From Podarcis filfolensis (Eukaryota), in the NCBI GenBank assembly GCA_964270895.1, contig OZ185453.1: a DNA stretch of 64,000 bases; one strand, 5' to 3'. The position numbers and the translations under genes are program-made. Under the pieces are notes generated by a model that did no database searches, was not told where the DNA came from, and worked only from the letters and a program-made list of their open reading frames with translations. Of this stretch, positions 33,226 through 43,690 are shown piece after piece (position 1 is the stretch's first letter; each line of letters begins with the position of its first letter).

Positions 33226-33520
33226 CCTCAGCAAAGCCCTGCTGAGCCTCTAGCTCGTGAGGAGACCCTCCCTGAAGGGGACATCTTTCGGACTCCGGGG
33301 ATGGTCTCTTCATGAGCCAGAGGTGCAACAGGGCTTTGCTGAGGCTCCCAGCTAACAGCTGATGTGTGGCAAAGTGGTTGCTGCTGCACCTTCCCGAGCA
33401 TCAGGCAGAAAGCCCCGCTGTGTCTCTGGCTCACACGAGCCAAAGTGGCAGCGGGTCTTCTTGACCAGCTCAGCTGGTGCACAGGGAAGAAACTTCTTCC
33501 ACACACATCAGCGGGGCTTT
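33226..33520. repeat. Four-arm fold-back element (two homologous long hairpins)
   Basis: Inverted arms 33226-33244/33326-33344 and 33409-33420/33509-33520; arms share the AAAGCCC(C/T)G(C/T)TG core. Confidence 0.8.
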
Positions 33521-34075
33521 GTTGAGCTGACAGGCAACTCCCCATTTTATGCGATTTCAGTGACACGTGCAGAAATTCGGAATGTAACCGCTACGTAAAT
33601 GAGGAGTCACCTGTACCATTACACTTGAGTTACCCATGTGTGTACACATCTACCTCGAAGCCTCTGTGGCCAACTGAGCTTCCTGTTTTATACACAAAGA
33701 GGAAAACATCCAGTTTTCAATTGGGTTCTTGATTTTTCCTAATGTATTGTACATTAAGCAGTCCTTGGGAGTCCTTTCATCCAGCACACATCGTGCGGCC
33801 CAATGCAGGTATTATCTTCCAGGATCTCAAATCCAAGCTCTAACTGAACCCAATGCTTGCAGCCTGTCTTCCAGATTGTCCCTGGAAACCTGGTGAACTT
33901 AAGTACCTAAAGAAGCCTTTTCCTGTTCTAGAGCATCTTGGATAATCACCTAGGCTAACAAAGCACTGGGATAATGCAGTCTTCTTCATGGCAAGAATAG
34001 CATAAAATGGACTGAGTATTGTTCAGGACGCCTCCCAATGTAAAGAGATTGTGTGGTCTTGGTAGATACACTCAC

Positions 34076-34345
34076 CTGATTCACCACTTGCTTGAGGATC
34101 ATGTCTCTGTAGTCAGCACCATTGCGCTTGATGGCAGTCATGATGAGGTCGCAGACCCGGTACACCGTGTCTGGCAGCTCATCCAACAGGTGGAAGCAGC
34201 CAGGAAGCATGGTGTCTGTAAAGCTGTGCAGCTCTTCTTGCTCCAGAGGTTCAGCATCCTGGAACTTCTCTAGACACTTTGCCTCCTCCTCCTCCTGCTT
34301 CTCCCTGGCCTTACGTTCTTCCTCCTCTTTTCGGCAGGCAGCTTC
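34076..34345 (-). CDS. HUWE1: HUWE1 exon 24 ([12 protein letters not shown]...KQVVNQ)
   Basis: tctag| / |gtgagt, 270 nt. Confidence 0.96.
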
Positions 34346-34639
34346 CTAGAGAGCAGAAACGGCTGGTTATAAATATTGCTTTCACAGCACCACAGACTCA
34401 CCTGCCTACCTCCCTCAAGGATAAGGCACGGTTCCTCTGCCATTTGCAGCTGTCCTATTATTATCAAAGAAAATTGAGTCTGTGATATTTACATTGTCAC
34501 GACCACAGGTTCTCACCACATTTCTGCAATCTTTGAATTCCAGGATGCATATGCCAGCCCACTCCCGACTTCTTTCCAAAAACCTCACCAGTATTCCTTC
34601 AACCCAGCACTTTATGGAATCCCCTTATGATGCCTTTAC

Positions 34640-34735
34640 CTCTGGTGATTCAGCTCTTTGGTCCATGGGGATGTCTTGTCCCAGTGACATAGCAATGGCC
34701 CTCATCATTTGATCTTCTTCAGACATACTCAGATC
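34640..34735 (-). CDS. HUWE1: HUWE1 exon 23, UIM-like ([18 protein letters not shown]...ESPE)
   Basis: gacag| / |gtaaag, 96 nt. Confidence 0.96.
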
Positions 34736-35016
34736 CTGTCATACAACACAGAAATAACCCTGTGAGGTTACGGAACTCAATGCAAGGGAAACTAAACAGT
34801 TCTCCAAGCAGTCTACAGGGCCTAAATTACAGAATTCAAGTAGGAAGAGACCTACCCTTTGGGTACACTGCTTATCCTCCTGGCTAAGGCCACCACAACT
34901 ACATTAAATTAGCTTGCAGTACACATTTTCCTTCAGAAGTATCAAGCTGGAGAGAGTGGCAGCCCAGGAATATGCCCTTCCCCTGCTACTTAGTCTTAGC
35001 TGCTAAGTGGCCTTAC

Positions 35017-35139
35017 CCTAACAACACCACCCATAAGTGGAGGAGGATGGGTCAGCAGATACTCTGTAGCTTGTTCCATGGTGCTGGTATTCAGCAGAGC
35101 TTCCATGGCATGCTCCCGTGTAAAGCCCATATCCATCAA
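35017..35139 (-). CDS. HUWE1: HUWE1 exon 22, UBA domain ([16 protein letters not shown]...GGVVR)
   Basis: ttcag| / |gtaagg, 123 nt; MGF UBA signature. Confidence 0.96.
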
Positions 35140-35279
35140 CTGAAGAGAGAGAGACAGGTTTTTAAAAGATCAGAAATGCAGACTGAAGAGACTGTTGTGG
35201 AAGACACAGTTTGGATGAAGTATCTCTGGATGGGAGGGTGCTGTTTTGTGGAATGGTAGAATAATAAGTTGATTTCTAC

Positions 35280-35510
35280 CTGCTGCAGCTGCTGTTGGTT
35301 GACCTGGGGCTCCCTTCGGGCACCACCTTCTTCTTGCCCTGCCTCCTCCTCACTGCGTGCTCCTTCTTTCTCCTTCCCAAGGCGCTCACGGATGACAGGC
35401 TCTCCACGCAGGATGTGGCACAGAATGGCCAACATGGACTCTGCCATGCGTCCTCCATATACCTTCAGTGGCTTGCGGTTCCATAAGTTCTTGATGCAAG
35501 TGAAGGCTGC
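35280..35510 (-). CDS. HUWE1: HUWE1 exon 21 ([11 protein letters not shown]...NQQQLQQ)
   Basis: tgcag| / |gtagaa, 231 nt. Confidence 0.96.
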
Positions 35511-35935
35511 CTGCACCACGGAGAAAGAATTAGCAAACTTAGTCCTACTTGGGTTACACTTCTTGGAGCAGAAGGTGGCAAAATATGTGTCCGTGTGGAG
35601 GGGAGGGGAATCATTCAAAAAGAAAAGAGCAAGAGATTTCTCAGTATGGTGCATTCCACATTAAGTAGCAAATTCTGTGCTTGCAGGGAATTGTGCAACA
35701 CAAAACCCTGGGCTAGGGGTAGGTAGCATTTTGAACTCTCTATAAAGCGTTTGATGAACAGGTTTGTTGTAAGGACTACCAAGAGCACCACATAGGTCAG
35801 CTTTATTAGACTATAACATTAGAATAAAATAAATGATTTGAGAGTCCTTGCCACAATCAAGTCACATTGCACCAGATTCTGGTATAATGGTGCCTATAGA
35901 CCTATAGTATAAGCTAGATAGGAGAGGCTGCTCAC

Positions 35936-36170
35936 CTTCTGTGTTACCACGAGGAAGCGCAGGGCACTGAACTGCAGGTAGTTCTGCCCACCTGGCAGCT
36001 TTGCAGGCAATGAATGGGGAGATTCCAACACTGTGGTGGGATTCACCATTTTCTCCACCAGCATAAGCCAGGCATCCAGAAACTCTCCTGTGCCATCAGG
36101 TAGGTCTGGGTGTTCCAGGCCCTCAGCGACAGGAACTTTGCCACCCATGGAAAGGGCCCAGTTGAATGTT
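35936..36170 (-). CDS. HUWE1: HUWE1 exon 20 ([11 protein letters not shown]...FLVVTQK)
   Basis: tttag| / |gtgagc, 235 nt. Confidence 0.96.
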
Positions 36171-36518
36171 CTAAAGGAAAAAAGGAATGAACACAAATAG
36201 TGTCTCAATATTTGGACTTGAATGTTTTTCCTACAGGATCCCACCATGTTATGCACCCACATTTGGGCCCCATTTATTGATCTTCCCACTGACTTGAAAG
36301 CTACTTTTCACATACTCCTTGTGCCACCTCCATCAGCCACACAATTAGTGTCATTAGCAACGTATGTTATATTAAGTAATTGAGCAAACAATGGATGACA
36401 GAGGTCTTAGTTTTTCAATCTCATTTTTTGACTACAGCACATAAAACTACAGAACCTTCAAACCCAATTTTCAGTCTCCTACACTAGAAAAAGTGGAGTG
36501 CAGTAGATAAATGCTTAC

Positions 36519-36641
36519 TCAAAGAGTGCGTTGTGGCCCCCTGAGCACAAAAATTTCTGCAGCATTAGATGGTAGGGATACTTCCGCTCATCAAACAACA
36601 TTGGCGAGGTGAAACCCACAGAACAGATGAAAAAAGTCAAC
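36519..36641 (-). CDS. HUWE1: HUWE1 exon 19 ([13 protein letters not shown]...GHNALF)
   Basis: tctag| / |gtaagc, 123 nt. Confidence 0.96.
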
Positions 36642-36815
36642 CTAGAAGAAAAATAGATTTAGATAGTTAGGCCGATGATTCTGCAAGATTAAACGCTGTA
36701 TTCTTTAAGTCCCAGCACCTCAGGAAGAGTATTTACAAGCATCCAAGTCTAAAATTTCCTTTCTTCCTGCAAACACTGTGGAACTTGAGATCAATTTATA
36801 GTAGACAGGACTCAC

Positions 36816-37032
36816 CGGAAGCGGGGGGTGGGCGTGTATGGTGGGGGCTGCCAGGAAAGCCCCTTTGTGAGTAGTTTGGTCAGTGCTGATGCTGTCGAGC
36901 GAGCAGCCGGTGTGGGAGCAGTAGTGGTGCTAGCAGCATGGTGGCTCCGGCGTTGTCTTACTGGAGAACCCACACACAGCTTGACCAGCAACCCAAACAG
37001 TTCAGCCAAGGCACGGCCTAACCTAGACGAAG
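36816..37032 (-). CDS. HUWE1: HUWE1 exon 18 ((A)[13 protein letters not shown]...YTPTPRF)
   Basis: ctcag| / |gtgagt, 217 nt. Confidence 0.96.
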
Positions 37033-37173
37033 CTGAGATACAGAGAGAGAATGAAGAACTGATTTTCTTTACTTGCAGGAACTCTTGGTAGAGTAAACTG
37101 TGCCAAAATAAAGAAGCTTATGAGGACTTTCCACCTGGTGTTGGCATAATCTCTAATTTCCTGCTTTGCTGAG

Positions 37174-39631
37174 AACCATAAAGTCATAAAATCATAGAAC
37201 TGGAGAGCTGGATGGGATGCAGAGGTTCAACTAGTCCAACCCCCTACAATGCAGGCATCTCAGCTAGATCATAAATGAGATGAGTATCCAACCTTTGCTT
37301 AAAAACCTCAAAGGAAGAACAATCCACCACCTCTTGAAGGAGTCTGTTCCACTGTTGAACAGCTTTTACTGTCAGAAAGTTCTTCCTGATGTTTAGTAGG
37401 AATCTCATTTATTGTAACTTGGAGCCATTGGTTTAGGTCGCACCTTCCAGAGCAGGAGAAAACAAGCTTGCTCCATCTTTCATGTGACAGCCCTTTAGAT
37501 ACTTGAAGATAGCTATCATATCTTCTCTCAATCTCCTCTTTTCTAAGCTAAACATACTCCCACAACTGTTCCTCATAAGGCTTGGTTTCCAGGCCCTTGA
37601 TAATCTCTTGGTTGTCCTCCTCTGCACATGTTTCAACTTGTCAATATCCTTATTAAATTTTGATGCCCAGAACTGGACACATCATTCCAGGTGTGGACTG
37701 ATCAAGCCAGAACTGAGCAGGACTATTACCTCCCTTAATCATCTTGAATCCTGATTCTATCTTCTGAGGCATTAGCTACCCCTCCCAGTTTGGTGTCATC
37801 TGCAAATTGGATGAGCAGCCCCCCAATTCCTTCATCCAAGTTGTTTATAAAGATGTTGAACAACAGGCCCAAGGACCCTGTGGCACGCCACTGTTTTCCA
37901 GAATGGTGAGGAGCTGTTACCAGCTACAAACCCACCTAAGAGTTACCTCATCCAGCCCACATTTCACCAGCTTTTCTGCAAGAATAGCATGGGGGACATC
38001 AAAAGCCTCACTGAAATCAAGATACACTATGTCCAGTGCATTCCCCTGATCCACCAACCTTATAACATACACACTCTCTCTCTGTCAAAATGAGATTCAT
38101 CTGGCAGGACTTGTTTTTGAGAAACCCATGCTGGGTCTTAGTAACCACAGCATCCTTTTCTAAGTGCTCACAGACCAACTATTTAATTATATGTTCTAGC
38201 ACTTCTCCTGCTACTAATGTCAAGCTCACTTGTCGGTAGTTACTTGGGTATTCTTTTTTCTGCTTTTAGAAGATGGGAACATTTGCCCGCCTCCAGCCCG
38301 CAGGGACCTCACCTGTTGTCCAAGAATTCTCAAAGATTATAGACAAAAGCTCTGAGAGTACACCAATGGTCAATAGTCAGGGGTGATGGCAGCTGGAGTC
38401 CAGCAACAGCTGGAAGGCAACAAGATGGGCGTAGCTTATCAGGCCCTGGAGAACTGAATTCATTTAAGGTAGCAAGGTGTTCCCTTACTACCTCTTTTCT
38501 TATCTTGCGCTTCAGCTCCCTCCTTGCATCGTTTCTTCTGTTATCACCTGGTTGGGCACTACTTTCCTTTTGGGTGCAGAGGCAAAGTAGGTGTTGAACA
38601 GTTCCACCTTCTCTCTGTCATCCAATAACATTTCTCCATCTTCTCCACGCAAGAGACATACTATTTGCTTGTTCTTCCTCTTGCTTCAAACATAGCCAAT
38701 GAGACCTTTTATTATTATTTTTAACCTCTCTTCAAGCAACTCGTGTATACTCCTCCTTTGTGATTTCTCCTTTCTTCCATTACTTTTACGTTCCCTTCTT
38801 AAATCTCAGCTCATCTGTAAACTCCTTATGCAGCCACACTGGTTTCTTCAAGTGCCTCCCACTTTTCTTTCTTGCCGGAATTGTATGCTTTTGTGCCTTC
38901 AATATTTCACCTTTAAAAAACTCCCATCCAACTTGGACTCCCTTCTCTTTGAGTATTTCTGACTATGGGACTACACCCAGTAGTTCCTTAAGCTTTTTGA
39001 AATCAGCCTTCTTAAAGTCCAGTGTGCATGTCTGACTACACTCAGCTTTCCCTTGCCTGTGTGTAATAAAAGCCAAGAAGACATGATCACTTCCTTCCAA
39101 AGTTCCCTGTACCTCTCCTTTTTGAACGTTTGGTAACCTGCTCGAGGAATGCATTATCCAAGTCCTCAGTCCGGCTTGGAGGTCTATACAAGACACCCAT
39201 AGTAAGGTCACTGTTGTTTTCCTCCCCTACAATTTTTACCCATGTACTCTCAACCTGCCTTTCATGCTCCAAGTCATGAATCTCTTCACAAGTGTACATA
39301 TCCCTTACATATAATGCTGTCTCTCCCCACTTCCGGTTTGATCTATTGCTTTTGAGCAGGTTGTACCCCTCAATTTCTACATTTCAGTCATGAGACTCAT
39401 CCCGCCAGGTTTCAGACATGCCTGTCAGGTCATGTTTGCCATCCTGCATTAAGAGCTCAAGTTCTTATTTCTCGTCTCCCATAGAGACAACTGCACTCAT
39501 GTAGAGACAACTGAAGCCATGAGTCATTCTTCTGCACACTGCTGCCTCTGTCCCCCATCACCGCCACCCCTCTCTTCCTTCTCTGAGGAGCAGCAGGAAT
39601 CGTTTTGTACATTGTAGCTTCCACCGCCACC
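37174..39631 (-). mobile_element. CR1 LINE, degenerate, about 2.45 kb, with internal deletions
   Basis: (ATTCTATG)-like tail at 37174-37200; FADDTKLGG-type RT segment (tttggtgtcatctgcaaa) near 37790; endonuclease segment ESTWVKI..GVLYRPP; 5' part homologous to 9372-9560. Confidence 0.92.
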
Positions 39632-39948
39632 TAAGTATGTTCTGAGGTCTGCAACTGTTGTTCTTGCTCCTCTGGCCAAGAAGCAGTGTCCACAGTGAGA
39701 GCATGAAATCAATTCTGTAGCATACTTTATTCTTTCTTTCTTAAAAAGGGTACCCAAAACCTAACACATCTTATAGCTTCAGTAAAGGAAGGGACATGTC
39801 ATATTCCATTGCCTTCTCTTTGTACTTCAGCATAAAAAGGAAAACAAGGAGCAAAATAGCATACAAAGAATTTTTGACCCCCAGCTGCATATTCTGCTTA
39901 AGCTCTTGTCTCTTTTCTTAACCACCCCCAATATTCTCCTGCTCTCAC

Positions 39949-40143
39949 CTGACAAGAGGGGCTTGATCTGTTTGATCCTGGCTGCCATGGCTGGAGTGAT
40001 CTTTGACTTCCCCTTGGGATCAGAGGAACTGGGCTCATCTGTTTCCATTGGGGCCAGTGTGTCACCATCCAGGCCAATTCCTTCTAGCAGGCCTTGAGCA
40101 GAGGCTTCCATGCTCCCAGCTGCCACTGCTTCCGATTCACCAT
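39949..40143 (-). CDS. HUWE1: HUWE1 exon 17 ((D)[14 protein letters not shown]...IKPLLS)
   Basis: tgcag| / |gtgaga, 195 nt. Confidence 0.95.
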
Positions 40144-40997
40144 CTGCAAGAAGAATATGCTAAATTACTAGTCTTGCATTCTTCCAGTTCTAAGTCAAGA
40201 TCACTTGGAAACCTGGTTTGCCAGCCTATTTTCCACAATTCTACTTAGGAGGTACCGAGAGTCCATAAATTCAAATGTGCAGACAAAAGGTCCTGGGTAA
40301 AGCAATCACTGAAGAATGTAGCTCTATCAGTTGAGTTTAGGGGTTTGGAAAGGGATTTATTTATTTATTTACATTGGGGCCTCCAACATGGTGCCACAGA
40401 TGCTAGTGTGTTCACTGGTACCTCCTATGGCACCACAAAAGGTCTCAGTAAATAATCCTTAAATATTCATGATGCATGAGACATGGCTTGCTCTTCCTTA
40501 TGCGCGCCTGTTTGCCCTGACTGGTTCAGCCTCTCCAACACTGAACATGCCCCCTTAAGCATGTACATATCACTGGATACCAGAGGAAAGATGCGAAGAG
40601 CTTCTGTGACCGAGCACATCAATGATGAATCTAGATGCCTCCCGCCCCCCCACTGACTGGGGAGGGGCATGCTCACATTATTCTGTGGTCCTGTCTTTTT
40701 TATTTATATATTTCCCTCCTGTTTGCCCAGATGTGCCAAACATTTTGTGCTAAACTGTACACCCACAGCAACAATCTTGTGACTGGCATCCACAGCATCC
40801 TCAAAATTCCAAATGTGGCCACTGGTTCAAAAAGGTCTGCATCTTACAACATGGCCATTTCAAGTGAAGTAGTTTAGAGCCAAGAGAATCAGGAACTGGA
40901 TTGGACAACAAAGGGCACATGGAAGGGCAGGGGTGTCAAACTTAAATGGGTTGTTAGGGTCATACTCCCCCAGGGGCCACACTAGTTTTATTATTTA

Positions 40998-41002
<5 letters not shown>

Positions 41003-41044
<42 letters not shown>
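41003..41044. repeat. (AC)21 microsatellite
   Basis: Read directly. Confidence 0.95.
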
Positions 41045-41045
<1 letters not shown>

Positions 41046-41084
41046 ATACACAATGTACTAATTCAGGTGGCACCAGGGGGCTTT

Positions 41085-41180
41085 TAATAATAATAATAAT
41101 TTATTATTTGTACCCCAGTCACTCTGGGCGGCTTCCAACAAAGATTAAAAATACATTAAAATATCACACATTAAAACTTT
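41085..41180 (-). mobile_element. L2 3'-terminal fragment with (TAA)n tail
   Basis: taataataa..ttatttgtacccc..cactctgggcggcttccaaca. Confidence 0.6.
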
Positions 41181-41572
41181 TAGTTTTCCACCAAAAACCT
41201 TCAGGGCAATCTGAATTGATACACCAAAGTTTTGACTGCAGCTCAGACAGTGAAATTTGAAATCACAGAAATATTAGTACTGTGCTGATGCTACAGCATA
41301 CATTAGGTCAATTTTGCTCACCCTGCTAAAGACATCTGTTTTGTAGCCCTGAATAATGTGTAAAATGTAATCGGTGTTTTATGACCACATAGAGGATGCC
41401 TTAGAGGGTGTTTATATTTTGACATGTAGTATATATAGCAACTGAACTACAAAACGTATCTTCTACAACCATGCTCATGTTGCACTGCATAGGTACCACA
41501 AAATCAAAGTTCCTCTAGAGATGCCACAGTATTCAATATGTCCAGGATAAGGATCCTGCTTCCCACCCGTAC

Positions 41573-41673
41573 CTGCTTTTTTGGCTCCCTGGGTGGAATT
41601 GGGGGCTGCTTTCTCTTCCTTCGGCACCAGCTTCTGCATATCAGCTTGGCCAAATTCGCAACCTGAAGGCAAA
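41573..41673 (-). CDS. HUWE1: HUWE1 exon 16 ([14 protein letters not shown]...GAKKA)
   Basis: tgcag| / |gtacgg, 101 nt. Confidence 0.94.
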
Positions 41674-42371
41674 CTGCAAGCATGGAAAGGTAAGACACAG
41701 CTACAGGTGGCACTCATCTGGCAGGGCACGTTAGCCTACAGCACCATAGAAAAACATTTAGCAATATGGAGCAAGGGGATGCACTACCCTTCAAGCATGG
41801 GGCACAGAAATGAAGGCTCATAGACGTCACTCTAGTCAGTGCTGAGCTGTTTATGCTCCTTGGGCTAGATGAAGCCCTCTCCACATTTCCATCTGGACTC
41901 TTGCCTTTTCCTCCCATGCTTTTGATCATTTTAGCCACATCAGCTTTTAGAATGATTGAACAAGTCTGGCTAAATAAGAACTGAAATTGCTGAGTGTGCT
42001 CCAAAGCTGCTAAATGGAATCTGGGTCAAAGTTCACTTAATCTACAGATGAGTTTTCCCCAAGAAACTGACTCTAGATATGATGGACAAGAGAAAGCTCC
42101 TTGTAGCCTTTGCTTGCCAAGGGAGCATGTACTAATGGCTTCTACTTTACCATATTATTTTACACATAAACTCCTTAAGGGACCCAAGGAAGACGTGCAT
42201 TTGAACAAGTCTAAGACATTTAGCTCTCTTCAGCCCTCAGAATTCTTGTCTGCCAAATGACTTCTTGGAAGACATTAACCTGGCTGCTACTGATTTCAAA
42301 TTCTGGGAGTAAATGATAAAACTGTCCACCACTGCCAAGCCCAAGCCTCTCAACCACCAAATGCTCCATAC

Positions 42372-42505
42372 CTGTTTGGTGTACATAGTGACAGCAGAAC
42401 CGTGCTTTCCCATACCAGGGAACAGTAGAGTTGGCTCAACTTGCTCAGCACACTCAGGCCCAACTGGGAACCCCACTGGTTTACTGAGATGGCTCTGATC
42501 TCACT
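42372..42505 (-). CDS. HUWE1: HUWE1 exon 15 ([12 protein letters not shown]...SLCTPN)
   Basis: tacag| / |gtatgg, 134 nt. Confidence 0.96.
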
Positions 42506-42614
42506 CTGTAATAGAAGAGATTACACGCTGCTAAGTGCCCGGACTACATTCTGCTGACAGAAAGCAGTAGCCAGACCAGGTGGGTCATTAACAAGGTGTG
42601 GGGGTTGCTCTTAC

Positions 42615-42860
42615 CTGTCCTACCCGGCATGTATGTACGAACATCATGATGTAAGCATGGGCAGCTGTCAGGGCATGAAGTAAGGGTGTGGCCTGGGCTG
42701 AGAGGGTGGCATCAGCCACATTGCCAGCACATGCCAACTCCCGCAGCAGGACCGAGCCACCAGGCGCCTCAATGGGCCGGTGTAGAGGCTCCAAGGAAGA
42801 CAGGATGGAGTCCAACTGGAGCAGGCCTTCCTGCAGGACCTTCGGTTCATGAGATAGCGT
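42615..42860 (-). CDS. HUWE1: HUWE1 exon 14 ([12 protein letters not shown]...HTCRVGQ)
   Basis: cttag| / |gtaaga, 246 nt. Confidence 0.96.
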
Positions 42861-43509
42861 CTAAGGTAGAAAAGATAAATAGTGACACCCATTAAACAAG
42901 GCTCAGTAAGTGCAGATCTCTGCCTCAAAACCACCCACTATACCAATCTCTGGTTCAGGATGTTCATTTTACAGTAGTGGCCTGTGGATTACTGAATACC
43001 CAGCAGCACTCAGAAGGTATCCATCACTTTCTCTCAGGGAAATATTGGAAGCTTTTCCAGCTGTTAAGGCCACATTGTTAACATTTAGTGACTTAAGGCT
43101 AAATATAGATAATGTTTCCCCACTAATCAAGCTAGTACCACCAGCTTACTCACTAGCCCACACAAGAAGGCTAAGCAACAAGTGCGCAGACTCGCACTCC
43201 AAACCCACCCACTAAGCTACCATGACAGAATTAGAAGAGCAGTGGCTGATCATATTACAGTTCAGATGTGGTTTCCCCAAGTCAAGAGATCACAGCGTAT
43301 TGATCACTGCCTGCTCAAACTAATAGAGATGTTGAGCTCCTGCAAAGAACACGGTAATCTAAATTATGTGGTTTAATCCCTGATGGGACAGATGTTTAAA
43401 CTCATGCCACAACAGCATCCTTGATACATGACCTTTTTGGTCCCTTGATCTGTTTAGGTACTGCTTAGATTGGCAGAAGTGGACCTGGTAAGAAAAGTGG
43501 TGCTATGTA

Positions 43510-43690
43510 GATAATAATAACAACAATGACAACAACGACAGTAACTTATTTCTTGTTCCTAGCCCATCTGACTGGGTTGCCCCAACCACCCTGGGCGGCT
43601 TCCAGCAAAATATAAAGGAGCACAACAAAACACCAAACATTAAAAGCTTCCCCAAACAGGACTGCCTTCAGGTGTCTACAAAAAGTTATA
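43510..43690 (-). mobile_element. L2 3'-terminal fragment
   Basis: gcccatctgactgggttgccccaaccaccctgggcggcttcc...aaacaggactgccttcagg, same family as the 41085 and 31800 fragments. Confidence 0.7.

Noticed and set aside
39524-39757. ORF with CSHCGHC just 5' of the CR1 copy
   Set aside because: It could be a remnant ORF1 zinc finger, but the spacing and flanks do not match a motif I can verify; the ORF is mostly off-frame CR1 sequence.
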